Assembly: GCA_965197795.1 (NCBI GenBank)
Contig: OZ240228.1
Span: 1,529,898-1,593,897 of the forward strand
Direction of reading: 5' to 3'
DNA: 64,000 nt
DNA from: Dehalococcoidia bacterium
Lineage (GTDB): Bacteria > Chloroflexota > Dehalococcoidia > DSTF01 > WHTK01
Shown here one piece after another: positions 1 to 9,984 of the stretch (the stretch's first letter is position 1; each line of letters begins with the position of its first letter). The notes under the pieces are model-generated. The model was given only the letters and a program-made list of their open reading frames with translations, did not search any database and was not told the origin of the DNA. The position numbers and the translations under genes are program-made.

Positions 1-1276
1 CAACGCCTACGAGCAGGCAGTGATACGGGCTTGTACCTACCGCTTCGAGGTCGAACGCGAAGCGCTTTGCCTCCTGCGCCCGTTGCACCAGCGCGCCAAG
101 CTCCGCTTCGTCTGAAATCAGGCGGTAGTTCTTCTCGGACGGTGGCGTCGCAGCCGCCCCGTCTGGTGACTGCGCGAAGCCTTCTTCGACCGAGGGCAGG
201 CGCGGCACCAAGGTTCGGAACTCGAGGTCGCGGAGCAGGTCGAGCACGCGCTGTCGGTCGTAGCGCCCGACCACCGCCTCTTCCATATCCAGCGCGACAT
301 CGGGCACGTCGAGACGGATCGTCGCCATGTCGAGCGCGTTGCGCACCTGGTCCTCGTGCGCACGCAGGTTCTCGCGCAGCTTGTCCGGCTTCACGTCCTC
401 GATGTGCGCGTAAATCTCGTCGACGCCGTCGAACTGAGCCAGCAGCTTCGTCGCCGTGCCGTCGCCGACGCCGGGGACGCCCAGGATGTTGTCAGAGCTA
501 TCACCGCGTAGCGCCTTGTAGTCCGTCATACGCTCCGGTTCGAAGCCGTAGCGCTCGATGGACGACTCCCGCGTGTAGACCACGTGGTCGCGCTGATAGG
601 GACGCATCATGTACAGCGTCACGTCGGGCTGGATCAGCTGCACCAGGTCGGAATCCAGCGTGACGATGTACGTATCGATCCCTTGGGTCACGGCCTGTAC
701 TGCCAGCGTGCCGATCACGTCGTCGGCTTCGTAGCCCTCGGCGCTGAACACCGGGATGTTGAACGCCTCCATCATCTCCAGGCAGCGTCCGATCTGCCGC
801 CCCAGGTCCCAACTGGACTCGACCGGCGACAGGGCGCGCTCGATCGCGAGGCGTGTGTCGGCGTCGATTCCCGCGGCCTCCGCCGTGCCGTAAACGCCCT
901 CTTTGATCTGATCACGGCTCTCTGCCACAGTGACAGCCTTCGCGATGCCGGAGAGCACCTTCTCATCCAGGTCCGGGACGGTGGCGAGCGCGTTGGCGAC
1001 CTGCGCCTTGACGTTCTCGAAACGAGTCGCCTTGTAGCTGGCGTCGCGGGCGTGACGAAACGTTGGACCTGGCAGGTCAACCGCGACGACCAGATGGGTC
1101 GGCTTCAAGTCGTCGATCACGGCGAGCAGCGTGTTGGTGAAGCCGAAAACGGCGCTCGTGTTCTCGCCGGTGCGCTTCGCGACCAGCGGCGCGTCCTTCA
1201 GCGCGTAGTAGGCGCGGTGAATGATGCCGTGCCCGTCGAGGATGGCGAGGAGGGGCTTGCGATCTGCGTCTGCCAC
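1..1276 (-). CDS. polA: DNA polymerase I, N-terminal part (5'-3' exonuclease and start of 3'-5' exo domain); gene runs off left edge
   Basis: Reverse-complement translation reads VADADRKPLLAILDGHGIIHRAYYAL...TGENTSAVFGFTNTLL and later ...NLRAHEDQVRNALDMATIRLDVP...RFAFDLEAVGTSPY, which are typical Pol I N-terminal motifs. High GC3. Start assigned to GTG whose complement lies at 1274-1276, directly after GGAGG. The ORF track omits it because it is partial. Confidence 0.85.
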   Translation of the reverse strand, partial: MADADRKPLLAILDGHGIIHRAYYALKDAPLVAKRTGENTSAVFGFTNTLLAVIDDLKPTHLVVAVDLPGPTFRHARDASYKATRFENVKAQVANALATVPDLDEKVLSGIAKAVTVAESRDQIKEGVYGTAEAAGIDADTRLAIERALSPVESSWDLGRQIGRCLEMMEAFNIPVFSAEGYEADDVIGTLAVQAVTQGIDTYIVTLDSDLVQLIQPDVTLYMMRPYQRDHVVYTRESSIERYGFEPERMTDYKALRGDSSDNILGVPGVGDGTATKLLAQFDGVDEIYAHIEDVKPDKLRENLRAHEDQVRNALDMATIRLDVPDVALDMEEAVVGRYDRQRVLDLLRDLEFRTLVPRLPSVEEGFAQSPDGAAATPPSEKNYRLISDEAELGALVQRAQEAKRFAFDLEAVGTSPYHCLLVGV

Positions 1277-1375
1277 CTCCGGATTATACCTGTCGCGACC
1301 TGTGCCGGCCTGCTTGAGCTAATCCTCAACTCGTGCCCCGAGCCACTGCGGCGTGGCCTACAATGGCTTATACGC

Positions 1376-4300
1376 ATGGGTGGCTTCCTCAGCGTCATCC
1401 CGATAGTCGTCAGGCGCGTCAGGGCTAACGTCCGCTTGCTCTTCGCGGTCGTCATCGGCGCGGTGCTCGCCGCGGCGCTTCTGTCGACCACGTCGATCTA
1501 CACCGACGCTATCCGCGATCTTGGTCTCAAGTTCGCCCTCGGCGACCGCGGCCAGGACGCGATCAACTACCGCCTCGGTAGCACTTCACAGAGCTCTATC
1601 CCGGAGGTCTTCGAGCAGAACCAGGCGTTCATCAAGGAAGCCACCGACGCTTTCCTCGGCCCTTTGGCCAACGGCGAGCCGACGTCGATCGGCAGGAGCG
1701 CCACGTTTTTCCCGACTCTGCCTGGAGGCACGGTATCGGAGAATGACGGCAGGCCGCGAGCCCACTTCACCTTTGTCACAGGCGCCGAGGAACAGATCGA
1801 GCTTGTCGACGGCAGGCTGCCGGACACGGTCTCCGCCATCTCGGGCGCGCCTGAGCTGGAAGTAGCCATCGGCGCTGAGACTGCAGCGCGCCTCGGTATC
1901 GCGCTTGGGGCCGAATACGACCTGCACCCCTTCTGGCGCGACGACGTCGAGCCCGTGTACGTCACTGTCGTAGGTATCGTCCGGGCCAGCGACCCCGAGG
2001 CGGAGTTCTGGGTCAACGAGGACGACGTCTTCAGCGTCCATACGGCGTCATGGGACACAATCCCGATGCTGATCTCGAAGGACACCTTCTTCGCCGCCCT
2101 GTCGGCTTACCTGCCGAACATGGTCAACGACTACAAGACGCTGATCTACGTCGACACCGGCGCGATTAACGCGGGCAACGCCGACACGGTCTCGATCGCT
2201 CTGCGGCGGTTCGACAGCACGATCCGTAACAACGTCGTCCGGACCGCGGTCGAATCTGAGCTACCGGACGTCCTCGCGACGTACGACGAGAAGCTTTTCT
2301 TCACGCGCATACCGTTGCTCGTCCTCGTGCTGCAGATCGCCGCCATTGTCCTGTACTACCTCTTCATGGTCTCAACCATGCTCATCGAGCGCCAAGGGGG
2401 AGAGATCGCGCTGCTCAAGAGCCGCGGCGCCACCACCGCCCAAGTCATGAAGATCTACGTTATCGAGGGCCTGGCGATATCCGGCATTGCCATCCTGGCG
2501 GGCCCGCCGTTGGCCGCGACTGTCATCAGCTTCCTGGGCCAGACGCCGCCATTTACGGACCTGACGGGCGGTTCCAACTTGCGGGTCACGCTGTCTGCCG
2601 GCGCCTACCTCTGGGCCGCCGCCGGCGCGCTGCTCGCCTTCGTGACGCTGCTGCTGCCGGCGTACGTGGCGACCCGGAATACCATCGTCAATCAGCGAGC
2701 CGGCAGCTCCCGGCCTACCCGGCAGCCGTTCTTCATGCGCTACTACCTCGACCTCGGACTCGCCGCGGCGGGTGGCGTGCTGCTCTACCAGCTCGACCGG
2801 CGTGGCAGCCTGGTCACGGAAGGCTTCTTCGGCGACCGCTCCGTCGACCCGGTCCTGCTGCTGGCGCCCGCGTTCTTCATCCTGACCGTGGGGATCGTCT
2901 TCCTGCGCACGTTCCCGCTCGTGCTGCGCCTGCTCACCTGGGCCGTCGCGCGGGCCCAGGGCGCCGCCGTCATCATCGGCATGTGGCAGTTGGTGCGGAA
3001 CCCAGTACACTACTCACGCTTGGTCCTGCTGTTGATGCTGGCGACCGCCGTAGGCATGTTCGCCGCCAGCTTCGGCGCCTCGCTTGACACCAGCTACACC
3101 GACCGCGCCCGCTTCGAGTCCGGTTCGCAGCTGAGCCTGACCGACGTCCGCATAGTGCCAGGGCCCGGGCCTTTCGACACGGCGCAAACCGTGGCCGGCC
3201 TCACAGGCGCCAGTCAGGGCACCGCGGTTTACCGGTTGCAAGGCAGCCAGGGCCCACTCACGTCGCGTCAGACCGTCGAATTCCTCGGCGTGGATAGCGA
3301 AACCTTCGCCGAGATCGCCTACTTCCGTGAGGACTTCGCGGATCAAACGCTCCCAGAGCTCATGGACAAGATCAGCCACGGACGGCCCTCGACGCTCGGC
3401 GTAACGTTGCCGGCCGACGCGCGCTGGCTCGGGATCTGGATCGACCCGGTCGACATGCCGAGTGAGTTCAGCCTTCGCTTCGAGGCGATCGACGCCACAG
3501 GGCGTTACTTCAGCTATCTGCTCGGCCCGGACTTCGTCGAGGAGATGCCGCCAGGTTGGCATCTGCTCGTTTCGGACCTCCAACGTCCCGGCGTCTTTTT
3601 CGGCGAACGCCGCTTCCGCGGCGGGAGCCTGAGACTCAATAACGGTCCCTTCCCTGTGCTCGAGCCTCAGATGCCGATCACCATCACATCGATAACCCTG
3701 CGCTCCCCGACCCGCTTCGCGGCGCCCGCCGGCACCATCGTGTTCGACGATCTGCACGCGAGCAGCGCCGCGCAGCTCGACCCGGACCTCATGCAGGCGA
3801 AGCGCCTCTTCGACCCGCAACGCGCCATCGGGGGGTTGCCCGACGCCGTACATCTCGTGGATTTCGACGGCGTGGCTGACTGGGTCCCGCTGGACGGCCT
3901 GCTGGCCAACCCGCTCAACGACGAAATCCGGACGGTGGCGCGCGACAGCCACGCCGGTATCGAACTGAGCTGGGAGCCGCAACCGGGTCAAATTACAGCG
4001 CACGGACTCCAGTTCGCCGGCACGCTTGACACCATCCCCGTGCTCGCCAGCGAGGGGTTCCTCAGGAACAGCGGCCTCCAGGTCGGAGACACCACGACCG
4101 TGTTCAGCAGCAGCCTCTACCTCGACGTCGTCATAGCGGGCGCCTATGACCTCTTCCCCACGCTGGGCGATTCCCGAGAGCAGCCCTCTCTGATCGGCGA
4201 CGGACCCACGCTCGCGGCCTCCCTCAACGCGAATCCGTCCGGGCCCCTTAGGTACCCGGACGAAATCTGGCTGCAAGGCGGCGACGCGACTCTGGAGGCG

Positions 4301-4822
4301 ATCCGCGGGCTGAGCGAGGAAGGCGCGCTGCTGGGCGGCATTAGCAGCTTTGATGAGCTCCAGGCGGCGCAACAAAGCGATCCGCTCGTCGCGGCCGGCT
4401 GGGAGGGAATCCTCTTCATCAGCTTCGCCGCAATTCTGCTCCTCAGCGCCATCGGCTTCTTGATCTACTCCTACCTGACGGCGCAGCGTCGAACGTTGGA
4501 GTTCGCGGTGCTGCGCACGATGGGGTTCTCGAAGCCGCAGATCGCGGCCCTCGTCGGCTTCGAGCAGATTTTTGTCATCGGACTCGGGATGATCGCCGGC
4601 ACGCTGCTGGGCATGCGCCTCGGCAGCCTCATGATCCGTTACATGGGGATCACGGAGACCGGTGAGGAAGTCTTACCACCGATGCTGCTCGAGATCAGTT
4701 GGTTCACGGTTGGCATGGCATGGCTGGTCCTCGGCCTTGTGTTCCTTGTCACGATCGGCGCCGTCGTCTTACTCTACTCACGCCTTGCTCTGCATCGCGT
4801 ACTCCGAATCGGCGAGACATAG
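1376..4822 (+). CDS. ABC transporter permease with two FtsX domains and large extracytoplasmic loops (MacB/FtsX-like)
   Basis: In-frame ATG at 1376 inside the 584..4822 ORF; the first 264 codons of that ORF are antisense to polA. Two FtsX-like 4-TM blocks (LVLVLQIAAIVLYYLFMV... and ILLLSAIGFLIYSYLTAQRRTLEFAVLRTMGFSKPQIAALVG...) with long soluble inserts. Followed directly by two ABC ATPase genes. Confidence 0.8.
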   Translation: MGGFLSVIPIVVRRVRANVRLLFAVVIGAVLAAALLSTTSIYTDAIRDLGLKFALGDRGQDAINYRLGSTSQSSIPEVFEQNQAFIKEATDAFLGPLANGEPTSIGRSATFFPTLPGGTVSENDGRPRAHFTFVTGAEEQIELVDGRLPDTVSAISGAPELEVAIGAETAARLGIALGAEYDLHPFWRDDVEPVYVTVVGIVRASDPEAEFWVNEDDVFSVHTASWDTIPMLISKDTFFAALSAYLPNMVNDYKTLIYVDTGAINAGNADTVSIALRRFDSTIRNNVVRTAVESELPDVLATYDEKLFFTRIPLLVLVLQIAAIVLYYLFMVSTMLIERQGGEIALLKSRGATTAQVMKIYVIEGLAISGIAILAGPPLAATVISFLGQTPPFTDLTGGSNLRVTLSAGAYLWAAAGALLAFVTLLLPAYVATRNTIVNQRAGSSRPTRQPFFMRYYLDLGLAAAGGVLLYQLDRRGSLVTEGFFGDRSVDPVLLLAPAFFILTVGIVFLRTFPLVLRLLTWAVARAQGAAVIIGMWQLVRNPVHYSRLVLLLMLATAVGMFAASFGASLDTSYTDRARFESGSQLSLTDVRIVPGPGPFDTAQTVAGLTGASQGTAVYRLQGSQGPLTSRQTVEFLGVDSETFAEIAYFREDFADQTLPELMDKISHGRPSTLGVTLPADARWLGIWIDPVDMPSEFSLRFEAIDATGRYFSYLLGPDFVEEMPPGWHLLVSDLQRPGVFFGERRFRGGSLRLNNGPFPVLEPQMPITITSITLRSPTRFAAPAGTIVFDDLHASSAAQLDPDLMQAKRLFDPQRAIGGLPDAVHLVDFDGVADWVPLDGLLANPLNDEIRTVARDSHAGIELSWEPQPGQITAHGLQFAGTLDTIPVLASEGFLRNSGLQVGDTTTVFSSSLYLDVVIAGAYDLFPTLGDSREQPSLIGDGPTLAASLNANPSGPLRYPDEIWLQGGDATLEAIRGLSEEGALLGGISSFDELQAAQQSDPLVAAGWEGILFISFAAILLLSAIGFLIYSYLTAQRRTLEFAVLRTMGFSKPQIAALVGFEQIFVIGLGMIAGTLLGMRLGSLMIRYMGITETGEEVLPPMLLEISWFTVGMAWLVLGLVFLVTIGAVVLLYSRLALHRVLRIGET

Positions 4823-4825
4823 ACC

Positions 4826-5740
4826 GTGACAAGGAATATTGACGAGCCGCTCACCGGCGGCTCCGAGCCCTACATCCTCTGCGAAGACCTCTTCAAGATT
4901 TACAAGCTGGAAGACCTTGAAGTCGTCGCGCTGCGTGGCCTCGATCTCAAGGTGCAGCGCGGCGAGCTCATGGCGATCGTCGGCGCGTCCGGTTCCGGCA
5001 AGTCGACCCTGCTCAACATCCTCGCTGGACTCGCTGTGCCAAGCGCCGGCCGTTGCCTGGCTGGCGGACGTAACCTGCTGACCATGACGCCCGGCGATCT
5101 GGTTACCTATCGCCGCAACGAGGTCGGCTTCGTCTGGCAGCAGACATCCCGTAATCTTCTGCCTTACCTGACGGCAGTCCAGAACGTTGAGCTGCCGATG
5201 ATTCTCGAGGGCGGTGAACCCGGCCCTTCGCGCAGCCGCGCCCACGAACTGCTCGAGATGGTCGGCCTCAGCGATCGTAGCGACGTGGCGCCGGACCGCC
5301 TCTCCGGCGGCGAGCAGCAGCGCGTCGCCATCTCGGTGGCGCTGGCCAACGACCCGCCTCTGCTGCTGGCCGACGAACCCACAGGCGAGCTCGATTCCCA
5401 GACCGCCACTGAGGTATTCGATGTGTTCCGCGGCCTCAACGCAGAACTTGGCGTCACCATCGTCGTCGTCACGCACGACCCGGCCATCGCGAACCAGATC
5501 GACCGCGTCGTCGCGATTCGGGACGGCCGCATCAGCACCGAGAGCTTCCGCCGCGTCTCGTTCCAGGGCCGCGAATCCTACGTCTACCACGACGAATACG
5601 CCGTCGTGGACCGCTCCGGCCGCCTGCAGATCCCAAAGGAGTATCTCGAGCGCCTCGATATCAAGGAGCGAGCGCGCCTCGAGCTCGCCGAGGGCATGGT
5701 CGAGGTCTTGCCTGAAGACGCTCCAGGGGAGGAAACATGA
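4826..5740 (+). CDS. ABC transporter ATP-binding protein (MacB/LolD-type) with ~80-aa C-terminal extension
   Basis: Walker A GASGSGKST, signature LSGGEQQRVAI, Walker B LLLADEPTGELD. Starts 4 nt after the permease stop. Confidence 0.9.
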   Translation: MTRNIDEPLTGGSEPYILCEDLFKIYKLEDLEVVALRGLDLKVQRGELMAIVGASGSGKSTLLNILAGLAVPSAGRCLAGGRNLLTMTPGDLVTYRRNEVGFVWQQTSRNLLPYLTAVQNVELPMILEGGEPGPSRSRAHELLEMVGLSDRSDVAPDRLSGGEQQRVAISVALANDPPLLLADEPTGELDSQTATEVFDVFRGLNAELGVTIVVVTHDPAIANQIDRVVAIRDGRISTESFRRVSFQGRESYVYHDEYAVVDRSGRLQIPKEYLERLDIKERARLELAEGMVEVLPEDAPGEET

Positions 5741-6639
5741 CGGCCAGCGGCAGCAGCGAGCCGCTGGTCCGCGTCGAAAGCCTCAGCCGCACCTTCGAGG
5801 TCGGCAGCCAGACGATCAACGCGTTGAAAGACGTGACGTTCGACGTCTCAGCCGGCGAGTTCGTTGCGGTGATCGGCCGCTCTGGTTCGGGAAAAACGAC
5901 CCTGCTCAACGTTATCGCCGGCCTCGATCACCCGTCCAGCGGACACGTTTACATTGCTGGAGAGGACGTCTCAACCATGACGGATTCGCAGCTCACCAAG
6001 CTGCGGCGTCATCAGCTGGGCTTCGTCTTCCAGTCTTTTGGCCTGCTGCCGTTGCTCTCTGCCTACGAGAACGTCGAAGTCGCCCTGCGGATCGCCGGCG
6101 CGCCGATTCGCGAGCGTGGACGCCGCGTCCGCGAGCTGCTCGACCTGGTGGGGCTCGAAAGGCGTTCACACCACCGGCCTTACGAGCTCTCCGGCGGCGA
6201 GCAACAGCGCGTCGCGATCGCCCGCGCCCTCGCCAACCGACCGCCGCTGATCCTGGCCGACGAACCGACCGGCGAGCTGGACTCCACCACGGCCACGCAA
6301 ATCTTCCAGCTCTTGCTCGACGTCATCGACCAGGAAGGCGTCACCGTCATCACGACGACGCACGACCGCATCGTCATGGAGAAGGCGCACCGCGTCATCG
6401 AGCTTGCGGACGGGGAGCTGCAAACCGGGCCGACTTACTTCGAACGCGACCGCAAAGAGGCCGTCGCGGTGCCTTGGCAACCTCCGGCAGGCGCAGATGC
6501 TCGTAGGCCCGCCGGCGCGGACCAACCCGAGGCCGACGACGCTGGTGGGGAAGCCGTACGGCGAGGTTGGCGCCGTCCAGCGCCGCAGGAACGGCGCGCG
6601 CCATACACGCCGCCTCCGTCGCCCTGTGAACCCTTGTGA
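5737..6639 (+). CDS. second ABC transporter ATP-binding protein; C-terminal ~70 aa low-complexity and uncertain
   Basis: GRSGSGKTT, LSGGEQQRVAIARAL, ILADEPTGELD. ATGA start/stop overlap with the upstream ATPase (translational coupling). The tail after ...ELADGELQTG has lower GC3. Confidence 0.85.
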   Translation: MTASGSSEPLVRVESLSRTFEVGSQTINALKDVTFDVSAGEFVAVIGRSGSGKTTLLNVIAGLDHPSSGHVYIAGEDVSTMTDSQLTKLRRHQLGFVFQSFGLLPLLSAYENVEVALRIAGAPIRERGRRVRELLDLVGLERRSHHRPYELSGGEQQRVAIARALANRPPLILADEPTGELDSTTATQIFQLLLDVIDQEGVTVITTTHDRIVMEKAHRVIELADGELQTGPTYFERDRKEAVAVPWQPPAGADARRPAGADQPEADDAGGEAVRRGWRRPAPQERRAPYTPPPSPCEPL

Positions 6640-7205
6640 GTCAGCAGGTCCTTCATCTCGACTTCGTGTCTCTTAACCAGGAAGCGGGCGCGCAGGATCG
6701 TGAGCACCTCCTTGAGGCGGCTTCGCGGCTGGCGGCGTTGCCTCAGGTGCTGTCACTTGGCGCGATCGATGCCGATCCGGAATCTGAGTCCGACTTCGAT
6801 CTGGTCTTCTACTTCCTGCTTCCCGATTTCAGCGCACTGGAGCCATTCGGCACCGACTCACGCTACGCGGGGTTCCTGCAAGGCGAAGTAGCGCCGCGCC
6901 TCAAGGGCTTCACCGGCGCCGACGTTCGCCTCGAGACCGATTTCGTCGCCGGTGGCGTTCACGCCGCCTGCTTCGCGCTGATGGCGCCGGACGAAACCTA
7001 CGACTGGGAGGTGCGCGAAGCGCTAGAGACGTGGTGTGATTCCGCAGCCGGCGCCACCAGCGTTGCCGGCCTCGCCGTGGGGGAGAAGCAGCTCTACCGT
7101 GGCGCCGGGCTCGCATTCACGGCCGCCCCGGTTTCTGTCGCCAGGCCGGACGCCTCCCGGTTTCGCTCGACGCTGGTTGTGGGTACGGCCAGGACCCTGG
7201 CTTGA
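6636..7205 (+). CDS. Dabb (stress-responsive alpha/beta-barrel) domain protein, putative
   Basis: GTG start. VLHLDFVSLNQEA...LVFYFLLPDFSALEPF pattern resembles Dabb-family proteins. Moderate GC3. Confidence 0.45.
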   Translation: MSQQVLHLDFVSLNQEAGAQDREHLLEAASRLAALPQVLSLGAIDADPESESDFDLVFYFLLPDFSALEPFGTDSRYAGFLQGEVAPRLKGFTGADVRLETDFVAGGVHAACFALMAPDETYDWEVREALETWCDSAAGATSVAGLAVGEKQLYRGAGLAFTAAPVSVARPDASRFRSTLVVGTARTLA

Positions 7206-7741
7206 CACGCTCGCGGCGCGGTTGGCTCGTGGTCCTGGTGCTGCTCGCGATCGTTAGCACCGTGGCCGGCATTCCCTACCTGGTCGCCAGCGACGACGCG
7301 CAACGCCCGCCGCTCGAACCGCAGCTCACGCCTCTTATGCTTCCGGACGGCATGACGCTCGAAAGCCTGCGCGAGGTCGAGGTCGAAGAGGTGATCGACG
7401 GCGACACGATCGACGTGCGCCTCGACGGCATCGAAACCCGGATCCGTTACTTCGGCGTCGACACGCCGGAGCGCGGCCGCGCCTGCTACCGCGAAGCGAC
7501 CGACCGCAACGAGATGCTAATCGGCGACACGGTCCTGCTCCTACCCGACGCGCGCACCGAGGACGACTTTGGGCGGCTGCTGCGCTACATCTTCCTGCCT
7601 GACGGAACGTCCATAGACGCCACGCTGGTCGCCGAGGGCTTCGGTGAAGCATGGACCAGCGACGGGCGCTATCGCGACCAGATCGTAGCGCTGGAAGCTG
7701 AGGCCCGCGCCGCTGGACGCGGCTGCCTCTGGGCGCCGTAA
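7202..7741 (+). CDS. membrane-anchored thermonuclease (SNase-like) family protein
   Basis: N-terminal TM segment (WLVVLVLLAIVSTVAGIPYLV) followed by the SNase motif VIDGDTIDVRLDGIETRIRYFGVDTPE. TTG start overlaps the upstream stop. Confidence 0.75.
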   Translation: MTRSRRGWLVVLVLLAIVSTVAGIPYLVASDDAQRPPLEPQLTPLMLPDGMTLESLREVEVEEVIDGDTIDVRLDGIETRIRYFGVDTPERGRACYREATDRNEMLIGDTVLLLPDARTEDDFGRLLRYIFLPDGTSIDATLVAEGFGEAWTSDGRYRDQIVALEAEARAAGRGCLWAP

Positions 7742-7755
7742 GTCCATCGAGCAGG

Positions 7756-8454
7756 CTACTTCAGCTCGAATATCAGGTCGCGGTCGTTGTCGTAGCGCAC
7801 GAGCTGGCGCTGCGGCGTGTTGGCGTACCACGCCACCTGACGCGCGTTGCTAGTAGTAATCACGAGCCGCCAGGCCTCGAAGCTGCCGGCCGGCACCGTC
7901 ACGCGCTCCAGACCCTCGACGCGCAGATTGACCTTTTGCCGCGTGCGGTGGTTAGTGATGATTGTGGTGTAGCTGCCCTCGTAGCCCTCCGTGAACGGCA
8001 GCGTGCGCCAGAGGAACAACGACGTGTCGTTGTCGTAGGAATGCTCCGGAACGCTGAGTCCGCTCTGCTTGTCATCGCCCTGTCGGATCAGCGCCCCGTC
8101 TTCCGTGTACTCGACCTCGATGCGTTCCTCGTCGCCGTCGGGTTCGCGTATCTCCCGTTCGGAGGCGATCGGTTTCAACGTGACGCTGTCCACGGTCACC
8201 GTGGTCGTGTCCTCCGCGGTCGCGCTCTCGAACTGCTGCGACAACGTCGTGCGATCGCCGTCAATCTCGACGCTGAGCGCCGCCTGCCCCAGTTCGCGGC
8301 CGTCGTCATTGACCAGCACGTAGGTGTAGCTCTCGCCGTCCGTCCACGGCGCAGTGCCGGCCACGTCAGAGGTGGGCGGGCCTGCCTCGCCGCTCGAACA
8401 GGCCAGGATGGTTATCAACAGGAGAAATGCGGGAAATGTCGCCGAAAGGCGCAC
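7756..8454 (-). CDS. lipoprotein of unknown function
   Basis: Signal peptide plus lipobox (LLITILACSSG). Good GC3. Start overlaps the ltaE stop by 1 nt. Confidence 0.6.
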   Translation of the reverse strand: MRLSATFPAFLLLITILACSSGEAGPPTSDVAGTAPWTDGESYTYVLVNDDGRELGQAALSVEIDGDRTTLSQQFESATAEDTTTVTVDSVTLKPIASEREIREPDGDEERIEVEYTEDGALIRQGDDKQSGLSVPEHSYDNDTSLFLWRTLPFTEGYEGSYTTIITNHRTRQKVNLRVEGLERVTVPAGSFEAWRLVITTSNARQVAWYANTPQRQLVRYDNDRDLIFELK

Positions 8455-9500
8455 TAACTTAGCGACGCCGTCACCTCACGAATCGATCCGAGTGCGTGAT
8501 CGATGTCATCCCGCTCGATACCGTAGTGGGTCAGCATTCGCACGCGACCGCGAACCATGCTGCAGAGCACGCCTCTTTCGCGCAAGCGTCCCGCCAGCGT
8601 CGTCGTATCAATGGTCTGGTGGTTCCAGAACAGGATGTTCGTCTGCACCAGAGACGGGTCGACCGTGACGCCCGGTATTTGCGCCAGGCCTTCGGCCAGG
8701 TGCCTCGCGTTGGCGTGGTCGTCCGCCAGGCGCTCCACCATCTCGTTCAGCGCCACGATACCCGCCGCCGCGATCACGCCGGCCTGCCGCATGCCACCGC
8801 CGACCATGCGCCGGTTGCGTCGCGACCGCGCGATGAAGTCGGCGCTGCCGCAGAGAACCGAGCCCACCGGCGCCGAAAGGCCTTTCGACAGGCAAAACGT
8901 CACCGATTCGGCCCCACGCACCAGCTCTTTAGGCGTCGTCTCCAACGCGATCGCCGCGTTGAAGAGACGCGCGCCGTCGAGGTGCAACGACGCGCCCGCG
9001 TCGTGCGCGATCGCCGCGATTTCCGACGTGTAGCTGGCAGGAATCGCGGAGCCGTTGCAGAAGTTGTGCGTGTTTTCCAGGCAGATCAGCGCCGTACGCG
9101 GCCCGGCCCCGCCCGGCGGCCGGATCTTCGACTTGACCTCGTCGAGGTCCATCAGGCCCTGGGCGTCGTTACTCACCTGGCGCAGGTTGACGCTGGCCAG
9201 TCCAGCCGCGCTGCCCAGCTCCGCCTGTACCATGTGGGCAAGGTCGCCGGCGATTGCCTCGTCGCCGCGCTGGCAGTGCGTCAGCAGCGACACCAGGTTG
9301 CCCATCGTGCCGCTGGCGACGTAGAGCGCGGCCTCTTTGCCCATGCGCTCCGCGGCTATCGCCTCCAGACGCTGAACCGTCGGATCGTCACCGAGCGCGT
9401 CGTCGCCAACCTCGGCGTTGGCCATCGCCTCACGCATCGCGGGCGTCGGGTGAGTCACCGTGTCGGATCGCAGATCTATGGTGCGAGCTGGAGTAGTCAA
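8454..9500 (-). CDS. ltaE: low-specificity L-threonine aldolase
   Basis: Near-collinear with E. coli LtaE: TIDLRSDTVTHPTPAMREAMANAEVGDD...GKEAALYVASGTMGNL...ICLENTHN...HLDGARLFNA...LSKGLSAPVGSVL...GGGMRQAGVIAAAG. Start set to the TTG whose complement lies at 9498-9500, just before TIDLRSDT. The ORF-track start at 9578 would add a non-conserved extension. Confidence 0.85.
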   Translation of the reverse strand: MTTPARTIDLRSDTVTHPTPAMREAMANAEVGDDALGDDPTVQRLEAIAAERMGKEAALYVASGTMGNLVSLLTHCQRGDEAIAGDLAHMVQAELGSAAGLASVNLRQVSNDAQGLMDLDEVKSKIRPPGGAGPRTALICLENTHNFCNGSAIPASYTSEIAAIAHDAGASLHLDGARLFNAAIALETTPKELVRGAESVTFCLSKGLSAPVGSVLCGSADFIARSRRNRRMVGGGMRQAGVIAAAGIVALNEMVERLADDHANARHLAEGLAQIPGVTVDPSLVQTNILFWNHQTIDTTTLAGRLRERGVLCSMVRGRVRMLTHYGIERDDIDHALGSIREVTASLS

Positions 9501-9934
9501 CTCAGCTGCGAGCCTCTCAGGGTGCGGTACGGCTCTTCGCCGCGAACCGCCTTGATCTCCTCGCGGCGTTCCTCCCATTGCAACTCATGCAACACCGCCA
9601 GCAGGGCACTGTCGGCAACGCCAGACGAGGTTAGACGATCCGAGATCGCCTGCCATACGCCGGACTCGACCAGCGTGCGCACGGTGCGCGGCCACTGGAA
9701 CGCGATGATCTTCTCCGGCGAAGTCAGCTTCGGCCGCAGCCGCATCAGCTCGCGGAAGCGCTCGTCCGAGCTGCGCACACGGTCGACGATCCGGATCAGC
9801 GGTAGATCGTGTTCGGAGGTGCGCGCATCGACCAGTAGCCGCCGTTCAAAGAGGTGAAACATGACCACGAAAACCTCAGAGGAGTTAACCACGTTGAGGA
9901 TCTCGCTAAGGTCTACGCCAAGATCGTCTTCCAC
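9497..9934 (-). CDS. hypothetical protein (145 aa)
   Basis: ORF with moderate GC3. Its TGA overlaps the ltaE TTG start (TTGA). No domain recognised. Confidence 0.4.
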   Translation of the reverse strand: MEDDLGVDLSEILNVVNSSEVFVVMFHLFERRLLVDARTSEHDLPLIRIVDRVRSSDERFRELMRLRPKLTSPEKIIAFQWPRTVRTLVESGVWQAISDRLTSSGVADSALLAVLHELQWEERREEIKAVRGEEPYRTLRGSQLS

Positions 9935-9984
9935 GAGTTCTCATTCTAGGCCAGGCCGATTCATCGCGACAGCCCTCTGAATCG

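Noticed and set aside
584-1375. N-terminal 264 codons of the 1412-aa ORF 584..4822
   Set aside because: This stretch is antisense to polA (1-1276), whose reverse-strand translation gives clear Pol I motifs. The permease starts at the internal ATG at 1376.
3014-4375. 453-aa minus-strand ORF inside the permease gene, and similar long antisense ORFs (18800..20005, 25650..26513, 62199..63740, 8496..9857, 46112..46906, 48750..49481)
   Set aside because: These are typical high-GC antisense open frames, Arg/Ala/Gly-rich with no motifs, overlapping genes that have strong homology and codon bias.
9501-9578. Extended N-terminus of threonine aldolase (start at 9578)
   Set aside because: E. coli LtaE begins MIDLRSDTVT, and here a TTG immediately precedes TIDLRSDTV and overlaps the upstream gene's stop. 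The longer form overlaps 9497..9934.
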